Shown piece by piece: positions 48,439-62,138 of a stretch of DNA of 64,000 nt (positions are counted from its first letter, which is position 1; each line of letters starts with the position of its first letter). The DNA is taken from contig CM119378.1 in the NCBI GenBank assembly GCA_051294905.1, forward strand, positions 2,792,001-2,856,000. Reading direction: 5' to 3'. A program made the translations under genes and the position numbers. The notes below the pieces were generated by a model. The model made no database searches. It saw nothing but the letters and a program-made list of their open reading frames with translations, and was not told where the DNA came from. This DNA comes from Botryllus schlosseri (taxonomy: Eukaryota).

Positions 48439-51400
48439 TCTCGTGCAGCATTCCAACCGTGAGGATCTACACAGTTGCCTATGAGCATATTCACTACCGC
48501 CCCTGACTTTGGTAGAAAATGCCGCCTTAAGTAGACTGCAGCTAATTTTGAAATAGTTTCATGTTCCAGCGATCCTTACAATAAAAAATAATCACAAACA
48601 ATGTGCCGCGTCTCGGAAGTTCTTACTTCAAGAAAGAAGACTCACTGTCCAAGCGTCACGGCCAAGAATAAAAGACAAAAACTCGATAACAAATGTATAT
48701 TATGAAAATGCAATATCCATAGCCGCCTCAAACTTGAACTTTTCGAGCATTCGCCGAAGCAAAATGAGCGATACCATCTTAAAAATCGAGTTTGTGAACA
48801 CCAGCAAGCCTGGTAGATGATCAACCAGCCGGATTTTGTTTTCGCACACTATTTTGTTAAATATGTAGGCTACTTCAGCCGCCAATCTTAGATTTTGAAC
48901 AAACTTTGAAAGACCTTCTCAGCACTTTCATATTTCCATCACGTCGACGGTACTTGGTAACGCGCAACATATTGTCGAAAACAGCCACGGATTACAGTCT
49001 GGGCTCATAACAAATTAGCTCGTAATTAGACATCTCTCCGTGCTGTGTGCACTTTGCTGCCTCGTTTTGCCGCCCCCTTGAAGACTGTCGCCCCTAGCGC
49101 ACAGCCAGAACCACTGCCCAGCCACTGCAATATCACTCGTGTTTATTTCATTTTTCGTATTCATTAATGCATAACATGCCGGATTCTGACCTGCACCTTG
49201 CAAAAATATTCAATATCCCACAACACACCCATCCCATTTCCGTGCGTCACACTATTACTAATACTATTGTATTCATGTATGCAATCCTCTCCAGTGTATC
49301 ATCACTCAGTTCATGTGCCTCTCTACACCGCATTTAGCTGCTATTACAAGCATAACAAATCATACAGCTAGCAAGTTAGCGCCGAATCTCTTCATTTGTG
49401 TATAACGGAATCGGAAAACTTTACGTTATCAACCCTCTCTCAATAAACAACTGTAGGCCTATAGTACTTCAGATGTAGAGACGATCTAATGAACTCGGTG
49501 ATATGTGCAAGCATAGTGTCCTATATGGTGTGGACTCAAGCAAATCTCACGGCTCGAACAGACTCGTACGCTGCTGATGAAAATGACGAGTGAGTGTGAC
49601 ATATTTGTGAGGTTATTGAAGATTGGTAATACGAAGAGAATTATCGCCTACGGCGACGACTTCGGACGAGAAGCATAAACTGGAGTGACCGACAGCCTGA
49701 ACCTATACGCATCGCTGTCAGACTAGTACAAACTACCAGTTGCCTAGTGTTTTTTTTTAGTAGTTCCAGTTCTAGTTGCGCATTTAAAAAAAGGTAGTTC
49801 TAAAACAACTAAATAACACGCGTCGTCGTTTTGCGTGAATCGTGTTACCGTCATTCTGTATTGTGATGTTCTTGCAGCCTTTGCTATCTCAGAGCCATCA
49901 CTACTAACAGCTACGTAGCCAGGGATAGATTTCGTTGGTCGAAACCCGAGACCCCGACGAAGCACCACAGAAGATGGTCAAATAACCCTGTGGGAGGGTC
50001 AAGACCAACGTTTGGGGAGACTAAGCGCAAGTGACAATGAAATCAGTTAAGACACCCAAATAAATGAAGCAATCTTTCCGCAGAAGAGCAGCTAATTGAT
50101 ATACGAAAATTCAAAGCCAACTCTTGAAACGAAACTGGGTGAATTTTAGTTGTCTGCTAGCAAATTCTATTCGATGATCGGTGCAAAACGAATCAGTATT
50201 GTGTTAAAATTCGCATTTTCATGGTTCCGTGGCCCTGACTTTCTTTTTTGAGTGAAATTAAAAACTAAAAACAAAAGACGTTTCTTGGAATTATACAATT
50301 GAATAGTATACTCATATTGACATGAACCCAAATATTTTCGGCTGACACTCGCCATGGGTAATCGTCAGTAACTAGCAGAGAATTGGAAAGAACATTGTAG
50401 GTCAACAATCGTATCACAAAATATGACGTCACCCGAATGAAATGAGATCTCAAATAGGAGAGCGTTCAATGTACTATTTTAAGATGGTAAACGAACTCTT
50501 CTTGTAGACAAAGCTTGGGCTGATGTATTTTGACAAACGTCAACTCCTAGGCACATGAAAGTTTGAGCGGCCCCTTCAGATGACGCGGAATCTGTCGTCT
50601 CGGTAATTTTGCGCATAAGCAGGATTATCCAACAGATGTTTGCCAATGGCAGAATGTATGGCCTTTGAACGCTCCGCATCAAGCTTGAGCGGGTGTAATG
50701 CGAACACGAAATGCTCGTGAAATGAAAAATGCGGGTGGTTGTTGTTATTGATTATGTTTGTTTGCCAATTAAAAAGCACCATGTTTGTTCGTCCTATCCA
50801 TAAATCCTTTTAGGGATGTACAATACAAAATGCGGGTACGTTTGTGAACAATTTAACTTCCTTTCTACAGTATGTTCGTTCATGATGTTTTAAATGCATC
50901 TTTTCTCGGCCCAAGTCTGCCGCGAAAGTTTTAGAACTTTTCTAGTGTGGCACAAGCCGAATAAAGTAACTCGTTTCGGACAAGTTACATGTGAAAGCTA
51001 CGGATAATTTTAAACAAAGTTTATTAAATTCTGATACTACAATTAAGCGATACTTGGCAGTAGCAAGAGGCACTAGCAAACAGCATGGTCGTATTTCGTC
51101 CCGTCCAAGAGATACCGAACAATGACAATCAAGTTATTGGTTTTTAACAAAACTTTGCTTGCAGTTACGAGATAGCGCGTATTGGTATAATCCACAGCTG
51201 CAATTAAGGAAATTGGTGTAAATGACCATAGTAATCGACAAACACCATGAATACTTTGAAAACAAACAGCAAGACTTGGCGAGTCTCGTCTTGCAGAAAT
51301 TTTAATGGAACGACGTACAAATATCTAATATCAAGATGGCAGCATTAAATGAAGTATCCAATACTATGGATTTGAGTTGCATACATTTTTCATAAATGAA

Positions 51401-51762
51401 TTTGCGGTTAATTTTTATTTTTGGAAGGTTCACCGGTCCGCAACCTGTGTTTTGAAGTTTTACCGGTCCGCTAGGGCACAAAGTTTGAGAATCACTGGAG
51501 TAGAGTATTCGACTATCATGCAATATGACGTATGAAACAAAACAGTATGAATGAAACGTAAAGTTAAAATATGCAGCTTTTGGGCGATCACATTAAATAG
51601 TATTTGGTATTTTTTGTCCTCACCTATATTTCATTGCAGTTCGTGATGTGAGTTCACGACTTCATTGATATATATATATATATCGGCTTTTCAATTAGAT
51701 AAAATAAAAATGAAAAGGGCAAAAGAAAACAGGAAACAAAAAACATCGAGATAATCAGTTTT

Positions 51763-53293
51763 AGGCTCGTATTGCGTCTCCAACGTAGGCGGTCGTGGGC
51801 GTCTTCAAGCGACAGCCCGCGTTGCGCTAGGTCAGTCTCCATTGTCGAGCGCCATGTTTTCCGATTCCAGCCACCTCTGCGCCATGGCTCCGTGGGAATG
51901 TGATTGATGATGGCGGCGGCTGGTTGCTCGTCTTGATGCGCACTAGATGGCCGATTAGGCGGAAGCGTCGTTCAGCTGCCAGTAGACGGCATGGGACCGT
52001 TCCTGTGAGTTCTCACAATGCATTCGTGGATATATGCTCCGGATGGTGAATGCCGAGTGCATAGCGGAGGAGTGCGTCGTAGTTAGCGTTGAGTGTCTTA
52101 GCCAGCTTCTCTGTCAGCGTGAGTGCCTCTATTCGGTAGAGAAGAACCTGCTCGACAGTGGCACGGAAGATGCGGGTCTTGAGCTGGGTTGAGGCACTTG
52201 AATGGAAGAGGCTATGTAGCCGTCTTGCAGCGCCCCAGGCCTTTGCTCGCCTCGCCTTGAGCGCTTTTCCAGAGTCAGCGACGTCAATACCGAGGTACAC
52301 AAAACTCGTTACATACTTGAGATCGATTTCTCCCAGTTGAATCGGTGTCGCGTTCTTCGGTAGAGCTGGTATGGCCAGAACCTCAGTCTTCTTGGCGTTG
52401 ATCTGGAGGCCAACAAGAGCGGCGGCGTCCTCAAGCTGGTTAATGAGGCGCTGTGCCGATGCGGTGTTCGGGGCAAGCAAGGCTAGGTCGTCTGCGTAGG
52501 CAAGAATACCTACGTGTATTGCCTCGCGAGTCGTACGCGTGCGCGTTCCTTGCCGCGGCCGCCATTCAAAGAAGTTCGTATTATCCGGGAAGGCCGTTCG
52601 TAGGACGAAGTCAAGGATGACCACGAACAAGAATGGTGCCAGGGTGTCACCTTGAAGCACACCAGCCGAAGTGTTGAAATCTCCGCTTGGGCCGTCATCT
52701 GTTCGGACTCGCGCTCGTGTAAAGACATTCATCTTATTTGCGTCCTTAAATCGAACCAATTTGGTTGGGGCTCCTTCGGTGTGCGCTTCGAGACGAACGG
52801 GAGGTGTTCACGAAGCGTGGCCAGCACCAAGCGATGGTCACTCCTGATCGTTAGCATGCGCACCGTTCGGCAGTTCGTGAAATGGCGCCGTGCGGGAGCA
52901 TTGCAGCAGATATGATCCAGCCGTGTGTTGCGTTGGCGCATACCGTCAAATGTCGTCCTACGCTTCGGCTTCATAGAGAAGTTGGCGTTGAGAGGGATGA
53001 GGTCACAGCGGTCGAGTAGATTAGTAAAATGCTCCGAGTTGCTGTTCTCGTGGCCAACTGAGAAGCGAACTCGCTGCGAGCGCTCGGCCAACGTGGCATT
53101 CATGTCCCCAAGCAGCATGGTTATGTCGCGCTGCGGGTAAGTTTATAGAATGCCTTCTAGTTGGTGGTAGAAAGCGAGCGTATCAGCTGGGAAGGCAGTG
53201 GTGTTCGGAGATGTTGGTCCATACGCACACACGAGGTGTAGTTTGCGGCGACGGAGTTGAATGCTGGCTGTGATAATGCGGCTGTTTATAACG
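51763..53293 (-). mobile_element. RTE-like non-LTR retrotransposon, 5'-truncated and internally deleted
   Basis: AP-endonuclease motifs SRII, VCAYGPT, LGDMNA, RLDHI, SDHRLV are joined near 52730 directly to the RT core GVLQGDTLAPFLF..LAYADDLALL..GLQINAKKTE..FVYLG. C-terminal AHDRLRWR; stops and frameshifts present. Confidence 0.9.
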
Positions 53294-54893
53294 CAAATCT
53301 TTGCCTCAGCGTGGAAACTTCATTGATATGTGATTTCCACCAACGTGCTCAGCTTTCTACTGCATGTTTCGTATGCTGCGATACCACAAATCGAGGTTTA
53401 CGGCTGTCCACAGTAGAAATTAGTATCCAATCTCTTAGTGTATAATAAGGAAAAGCCCACCATTTCAGTACTCAAAAATTCACGTTACTCTAACAGACAC
53501 GAATCATTTGAATTAATTATCGATTCTGATTCGAGCACTCGCATCACAGTGTCCAGTCCCACAGCTAAATGAATTGGTACCTCTGAGATGTTTATCGAGG
53601 AGGCAACACAAGGTAAACCGAATGCATGCAGTGCACTGCATACTGCCAAAGTCTGTATCATGCGTATCCGAAACGGAACCCGTGACACAACAGACTGGAT
53701 ACTAAGAACCGACCGCAAGAGGAACGAGAAAGATTGACATTTCCTAAAGGGCAACGGCTCATAGAACAGCGTAGCGTACAATCGATTATCTGCACCGGTA
53801 TTCTCTTTTCAAGCATGCCCGTAAAGACGAAGTATACTATCATCAGAAATGCGTTTCCTTCGATATGCGAGGCCTGGGTCGCGTTGTTGGAACGGCGATT
53901 CGGGTCGCGCTCTAAAAAGATCGAGAACCCCCGGTTTACGCCAAAATAAGTGTCTATGATTGGAAGGCTACTACGAATCGTTTCAACTCGTTGTATCGCA
54001 ATCTCGTGGTGTATTGAAATGTTGAAAATATTGGTGAACGAAAGAATGTCATGCTGCGCGCCTTGATTACGACAAAGAGCGTGGCGACGTGAGAGGTTTC
54101 TCGCGATCATTACCATTTTAAGACTTAATTAACAGGAAATTGGTCTAGAGTCTAGACTATAGGCTTCGGAAGACTGAATATAATGAACATGATCTATGAT
54201 ATAACCAAGAGTTTGATCGGTAGTCACACCGCCGACGCGAACTCGCACCTATAGATCCTATAGATGCTTTCGCTTTGTGTGAAAATTATATTTTAATGGG
54301 TTTGTTCTTTTAAAATTATGTTGATGCACTGTTAATTGTATGCACCATTAATCTATCCAAGTAATGTAATATATGTTTAGTTTAGTTTGAAGTGTTTTTG
54401 GTAAGATTTTGTTTGTACGACTCAGCGGGAATATGGGGTTTAGCGATGGGTTGCAGATCATAACCATATAACAAAGAAAATTTAAGAATCAATTTGCAGC
54501 ATGGCTTTAGCGAAGAATGAGAAAAATACAGTGTTTATACAGCATGAGACGTTAATTAAGCGTAAGACTGTTTTACAAAATCCTTGAACGAATGTGGGCT
54601 GTGCGTCGGCTGGCGCAGGAATCATAAAAAGGATTATCGACCTGATGTGAAATGACCATATAGTCATCGAAACATCATATATATTGAAACAGCAATAAAG
54701 GCATTAATAAAAGACACATGCGACGCCTCTCTTCCCCTCTCACACACAGGTTATCTCCATTCTTCTCGTCGTCGTATTTTAACTCGCCTGCACTCGTGCG
54801 TCCTTTGTGATGATTTTTCATGCTATCGCAATCACATGAATAGATTATTAGAAAATACGTAATACGTTAGTTGTATGTATGCCCTGCCAGATC

Positions 54894-57800
54894 ATGGATT
54901 ATAAAGAGAAAAATGGACATGCGTCTGGATACAATTATTATCGAATGGGAATGACTGACGCCGGTTTTCAATCAGCAGCGAAAGAATTAATTGAGTTTGT
55001 CGTGAAGTACTATTCAAATTTAAGCGAAATACACGCTAGCCCGTCAGTAGAACCAGGTATTCGGTATACCATTGATACTTAAACAGTGGTTCTCAATCCG
55101 AGTGCCGTTTGCCTTTTTTCCTGGGGTCGCGGCAGGACTGTCCCTTATTATTACTCAGCTTGCCAAATAGGCCGTGAGTATAGGTCTGGGTGAACGTGCT
55201 GACTTTTTCTTTGTGGTAATCAGCTTAGCGAATCGGAAATACATAACAGGATGGGAACCACTGAACTAAACTAAATGGGATTGTTTTATTCATGGACAAT
55301 TTTCGAGATGCTTTATGAATTTGTTAATCGTAAAAATATAACTCCCGTCTAGCGATCACAGCTTAACAACATAACATTAGACACAATGAGTTTTGATAGA
55401 GGTCGTCTTTTGTACTGAAATGAAAGTAACTCTGTATATTAATACTCACAAATAAAAGTAGCGAATTCCAAAACATCATGTAGATAGTGCTTCAAATGAA
55501 ATTATAAAATGAATATATCGCGAAACCTCAAGCCAGTAGTTTCAAACAGTAGTTTTATAGTCGATCAAAGGAGACTACTTTAGGATTTACAGGTGCATCT
55601 TCCCGACTAATGCAAAATCAGCAGTGGTATTAATCATTAGTGCGATTCAGGAGCTATTTCGCGCACTGCTTATGACAATTTCACTAATAAACGGGATTAA
55701 AACACATCCAAAACTATTTTCTACGATAGAAAATAAAAAAAAGTAGATAGTTTTGTCTCAAGTAAGTCAAATTAAAGTAAGTACTCCGAAAAAGTATAGA
55801 AGTACTTCGTTTTTGGCAACCTACGGTCTCTGATGATAGATTTCCATTGCGTATTACGTGTAGTAACTATTTATAAGTAGTTGTAGATAGCATTTCTTTA
55901 CTAGCAGACTAATAGTCTCATTTCTAGGATACATGAAACCGTTGCTTCCTGCGTCAGCCCCCGAAGAGCCAGACAAATGGGACGAACTATTTCGGGATTT
56001 CGATCAAATCGTAATGGCAGGTCTCACGCATTGGCAGTCGTCGCGCTTTTTTGCGTTCTTCCCGGCTGGTACAAGCTACCCGAGCATTCTTGCCGATATC
56101 TTGATCGATTGCTGTTCGTGCATAGGATTTTCGTGGGTGAAATCACGTTATGCCTTGAATAATGTCGTCTGTATTCATTTGCCAATCTCACCTGGCAGAC
56201 TTCAAGCCCTGCTTGTACTGAACTGGAGCCGATTGTCCTCGATTGGTTGGCAAAAGCAATAGGACTCCCGAAGATCTTTATCTACGACGGCAAAGGGCCG
56301 GGGTGCGGAGTTATTCAAGGTAATTATACATTATGCGACTGCATACCAACGCAAGTATAGTAAGAGTAAACTATAGAGATTGGAGTTCAGTGCTATACGT
56401 TTTTTTCGAATTAGATCAGAGTTTAGATTACTGAATTGACAAAATTTGCAAGAAATACAACAAAAATTAAATCCAGTTCATATCAGCTCACAGTCAAAAT
56501 AAATAGGCAATATGGCCATCCGTATATCGTCGTATAGTTTGAATTGCTTGCCATTAATCTTTTCAATTTTTATTCGCAGGAAGCGCGAGTGAAGCAACAA
56601 TCATGACGCTGCTTGCAGCAAGAACCAAAACTCTGCGAAAGCTTGAGGTCAAGTATCCTGGACAATCTCAGCACATGCTGCTGAGCAAACTCGTCGCGTA
56701 CACCTCGGAATACAGTCATAGCTCGGTAGAGCGAGCATGTGAGTAGAATAAGCGTCTCTATATTCAATATCTGAATGTCTGATAAGTAGGGCGATTGTTT
56801 CTTTACCTAAAAACGGACGATTCTGCATTAAAAAAATCAAAACTTTGACATCTTTTAACATTAAAGAACTAAATTTTTGACATTTTTTTACATTAAAAAA
56901 CTATATTTCGACAAAATTTTGCACTCAAGTATCTAAATTAGGCATTTAAGGATGACCTTAGGACGTAACTTGGCAAGAATAGAGAAAAAACGGTCAACAG
57001 CAGCAATTGTATGCTCGCAGCATTGAATTTCAGTGCATGTATGATGCCGGAGTGCTAGTAACAGACCTGTTGCTTCACACCGGAAATGTCGTCAACCTCG
57101 ACCTTTTCAGGCCGCAACCCAAATCTGAGAGAGAGAGAGAAAGGGAGAGAGAGAAAAAGGGAGAGAGAGAAAAAAAGAGAGATGGAGATAAAGAGAGAGA
57201 GAGAGAGAAAGAGAAAGATAGAGAGATAAAAAAAGAGATCATCTTTATTCGTCCACGTTACAAATCCACATCACACAACAAAAATGCAACACAGCGAAAT
57301 GCGACATGCAAGGCGGACGGTAGGCTCGATGTGACAAAGTCTTCAGAGCCGAGCCACCCAGGACAGGAGCAATTATCACAGTTGATAACTAATAATAATT
57401 AATTCAAAAATGAAAACGAAGTACCGAAAAGAAAAAATAACACACATTATCATGGAACAATACGAGATTGAATGCAAATACAATTTTGCGACCCACCCAT
57501 ACGTTGAGAACCACTGTGCTATAAAAACCAATGTTCATCACGCAGTCAAGATTCAGATTTCAGATATCGGCGTGAGCTTGTAAAATATACTGACCTTCTA
57601 CAAATTTCACTCGCTTTTATGTGTGATGATTATGAAGATTTTGATCAAAAAATGAAAATTCTGAAATTTTCTGACGTTAAAAAACTCAATTTCGACAAAA
57701 TTTTGGCTTCATGTATGTTAATTAGGCGTTTTCGCACATAATGTTAGAATTGTACTACTTATCTTCATTACTGATTGGAACTGTCTGTCGTTACGAACTA

Positions 57801-60800
57801 GTTTGGCCTGAAAAAACTTTTTGACTTGAAAACTGACAAATTTTTACATAGAAAAACTTTATTTCAACGAAGTCTGGATCCATGAAAAATTCCAGTATAG
57901 CTACATCACGCATCTTGGTAGAAATAATTAAAATTTGTTAGTACAACGACAGATAGTTTCCTATATTCTTGGGTAAAAATTGTCTGTTCTTACTAAGTAG
58001 CTTGCGGTAGGTTGAGCATAACACCGTGTCAACCTATTTGTTTCATTTGACCTTTTATGATTCACAATGAGCAGAAAATGGGCCGTGCGCAGTGCAACGA
58101 TAGGCCTGTAATTTATAAAGTAGGCTAGAAGATGTAAAATGGCAAATGATAAGATCGCTGACTGTGCAAACATGTACGATACAAACGAAATGCAGGTTGC
58201 AAAAAGTTTTGACTTTGTAACAATTTTTCAATTTTTGGACCTAACGCTACAATTTTGACAAAATTTTGACTTTTTTGCAATGTCAAAAAAAGTCGCCCTG
58301 GAGATGATTATCGCGCCTCGTCAACTTATTTGTTTCATTCCATGGTTTAGGATTCACAATCAGTAGACAATGTGCCATCTATAACAGTAAGACTATAAGA
58401 TAGTTTCGAAATTGTTTACGTGCCAAGTGATAAATTCACCGATAATGCAATCCTGAAATGCAAAAAATATTGACTTGGTGAACAATTGTGACAAATTTTT
58501 GACCTAACGCTACAATTTTGACAAAATTTTGACTTTTTTTGCAATGTCAAAAGTTTCATGCTGGTGACGTCATATTTTGTGATAATATTGTTGATATACG
58601 GTGTCTTTCCCAATTCTCAACTAATTGCTGACGATTACCCCTGACAAGTGTCAGCCGCAAATATTTGGGTTGGTTTCAATATGAATATACTCTTCAATGT
58701 CAAAAAATACCCCCCTACTGATAATGTAAAATGTAAATGAGAAATTAAAATGAAGGTAGATATCGCCATTGCTGAATTATATTTAATTACAGTAGCAATT
58801 GGCGCTTAATCTAAGGTCCAGCGACCCTGGTATCATTCCCTACATTGCCATAGGGCTTTGACCTCAGATATTAGAAAGACGAAAGCAAGATAGTTGGCAT
58901 CGCATCAAGTCTATTGTTGGATAAATGTGCCCAATGACAGTCAGTATAGCAAAATGTTTGACACATTTAACCATTATGCATAAGTTAAGAATATCAAGTA
59001 CTTGTACTACTCTCGGCTATATTCAATTCATTCACTTCAGGTTTAGTAGCGATGGTGAAATTAAACAAAGTATTGGTGGACGAAAATATCGCCATGCGAG
59101 GAGCTGCTCTAAAGGCTGCGATGGATAAAGATAGGAAGGACGGCATGATTCCATTCTACGTGAGAATACACTAGGGTTATGACTTGAAATAAAATTCAAA
59201 TTTTTGTGTGTCCTGTAGTCACAAATGATGAAATTTTGTGTCCTGATTTCAAAATTCACAAAAGTTAAGACCGTTTAAACAAAAACCTTCCGCACAAAAT
59301 TTTTTCAGTTTTCACTATATAAAGTATAGGCTTTCTTTTGTAGATACAGACTAAATAATATACATAGCATGACTGATTCGAATTTAACTGACCCAATTCC
59401 AATTGCGAAGATTTAAAGTAGTATTTTGGTAAATTGTGATTACCCAGATTGAATAAATCCTATCGTGTTCTTGTGTACAGTCAAAATTATATAATTATCA
59501 AATAATTATTAATTTCGATTTTAGGTGTAGACTGTATATATCGTATAATTTCAATTTGTCGGACACATATCAAACTCGGTGTTCGAAAAGGTGAAAGTAG
59601 AACAACTCAAGATATTTTCAGCGGTCTAGAAAACCGATTAGAGGAATATGATGCATAGGAAAACTTGAAAATGTCATCATATCACATATGACACGGCATC
59701 TGTTGGATACTGGACGGCGGAATGGCGTTGTTGTGAAACTGCATAATGCAATGATGGGCAAGGGTTTTAATAAACCACAATATATTGGTTGCCAACATCA
59801 TATTATCGATTCTTAAAGCATATATTAGAATTCTTCAATCCAACGTCTTCAAATCCAACTCTCACCTACAAATTTTGAGGTAAAATACTACGAACACTTG
59901 GTGCAATCCACCAAGCCAGAATTTCAGATAAAAATATTAGAAAACCGAGGATGGATGGATGATTTTAAGTTTATCTATGAGCTGTAGGCTACAGAGCATG
60001 CCGCTCTCTCAAAGAAAATAGTAGATTACCACCAAAAAATGGCATAAACTTCCATCTCTACGTAATGCGAGATGGAGCTGAAGGGCCCTCATTGCGTACT
60101 TTCAAATCCCCAGATGGAGAGTAGGCTAACTCTGGAGATATCATGCTTATTCATCGCAAATGCGTGTCAGGAAGCCTGGTATTATAACCAGATGTCTAAA
60201 GATGGAATATACTAGAGCCCGACCGATTTTCGGTTCGCCGATAATATCGAGACGATATCACACTTTGAAAGAATTATCGGTAACGGCCATTGAAGCTGAA
60301 AAATCATCGGCAATATTCGTGCCGTCACAACACGGTGGTAGGAAGTCAGAAAACTTTAATCTTTGACCGCTAGATTGAGAATATTGATATATTTCATATA
60401 GCTTACACTTTACAGGTGTCCAAATGCAGCCTTTCTAGTTTATTTCATGTTCAAGTATAACAATCGCTGTAATGATGTTCAAATAAATGCTCTGAAGCTT
60501 TGAAAATGTGCTTTTGTATATCCAACTTCTTTTGAATATCGGCTGAATGTATTGGGGTTATCGGTCAACGTGTGAGATATCGGTTTTATCGGTATCGACC
60601 TAAAAATCCAATATCGGTAGGGCTCTAGAATATACCAAAGATTATTTGCTGCTATATTTGCGCTCGAATGTACTGCCGCGATAAAGTGCCTTAAAATCCC
60701 ATAAGAAGTCGGACATGTCCGTTGTAGATGTCCCTGACACTAACATAATAACAGAAAGGGACGTCAAATGGATGGATGAACTTTACCAGACTTGCAAAAG

Positions 60801-61781
60801 GACACATATGTGAAAATTAAATTTGTAGCAAAGAATACCTTTGGATTGAAATTTTTTTATATATTTGGACCAGTGTCGAAAATTGAAGATAGTTTGTGCG
60901 GGACATTTTTTTCGCTTCGAACACAATGATTATAATTTTATTATTTTATACGATAATGTTCATTAATTCCTGCTACAAGCAATTTTTTTTTTCAAGTCAC
61001 AACCCCAGTATACACAGTACAGCAGGGGCGGGCAGTCTTTTTGGCCAAATAGTGACATGCAGTTCACGAATGATTGCGCGGGTCACGCCCAGCTTAGTTG
61101 ATACCGAAAAGCTTGTTGAAATATATAAAAAAGAGGTCAACGGGTATCTTTTTCGGTAACTCCTAGACCAGATGAATAAAGCTCCATGCACTTAGCGAAA
61201 ATGATGACCTCTTCTTTTAATCATCAGCACCCCAAATTTCACGGTCAGGCTAGTTAGGCGATTAATTTGATAATACAACGCATTTCCAAAATCACAGATT
61301 ACTCACGCTTATAGCTTACAAGATGGGCCATGGACAAAGTGTCAATGTTCATTGTTCAGCTATAGAAAGTCAGTCGTTAAGACCGACTACCATATTGATC
61401 CCGATAATAGGTTGATATCTAAAGTTTCGGAATCCGAAGTTGAGGGAATGCTCGTCAAACAATTTAACACCAGCTAGACCAATCATTTGGCATTTTAAGA
61501 CAATTGCTTGTGTCCGCAACAGTATTTATTTGGGTAATCGATTCCGCAATCAATTTGAATAATTCACATAATCAAATTGGTAATCAATTCTTGGAAATTA
61601 AATCAAATCGATAAATCTAGTCAAAGCCGACCGTTAGACTTTGAACTGAGTTGGTACACTAAAATGTCGCTGAATTACCGCATGAAATATATATCTGATG
61701 ATGATCATTGACAGGTTTGTGCAACTCTAGGAACGACGGATTGCGCGTCTTTTGACAACATCGCTGAAATTGGTCAAGTCT
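54894..61781 (+). CDS. DDC: Aromatic-L-amino-acid decarboxylase-like, copy 2 (exons 1-6; continues beyond the window)
   Basis: Exons 54894-55056, 55928-56136, 56199-56319, 56580-56738, 59041-59159, 61715-61781. Each has the same length and phase as in copy 1, and all are open. Confidence 0.93.
55084..55263. mobile_element. Short hAT MITE in DDC-2 intron 1
   Basis: CAGTGGTTCTCAATCC...GGATGGGAACCACTG. Confidence 0.65.
57126..57238. repeat. (GA)-rich microsatellite, probably the tail of a minus-strand retroposon 3' end (to ~57420)
   Basis: GA run immediately followed by TTTATT (AATAAA on the minus strand). Confidence 0.75.
60213..60627. mobile_element. hAT MITE with ATCGG subterminal repeats
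   Basis: TIR TAGAGCCC(G/T)ACCGAT; perfect TSD GAATATAC. Confidence 0.92.
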
Positions 61782-62138
61782 GTGAGTTACCGTTTTTTAC
61801 ACTCAAGTTTAAATAATATCGACTTTCCTGGAGTGTTGGGATGACTCAAGTCATGACTTGACTCGAGTCAGACTCGAGTCCACTTTTTCGTATGATTTGA
61901 CTCGAGTCACTTTGCAAAAATGACTCGACTTGACTTGACTCGGGGGTTCAAAAATGTGGACTGACCCGTGACTCTGAGCAATATTTACGATTCAATTTCA
62001 AGTCGTCATGTGAACGGTGTCGATTAAATCACTGAATCTTGTGTATGTTTGAATTGTTCGCGGTACGCCGGTTTCACTGATCCTCCATCGTTGCATCACA
62101 AAGAAATTCCCCGCAAATGAAATGATCAAAGCGTACGC

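Noticed and set aside
57007..57402. 131-aa ORF with an ER/EK-rich segment
   Set aside because: Translation of a GA microsatellite inside DDC-2 intron 4.
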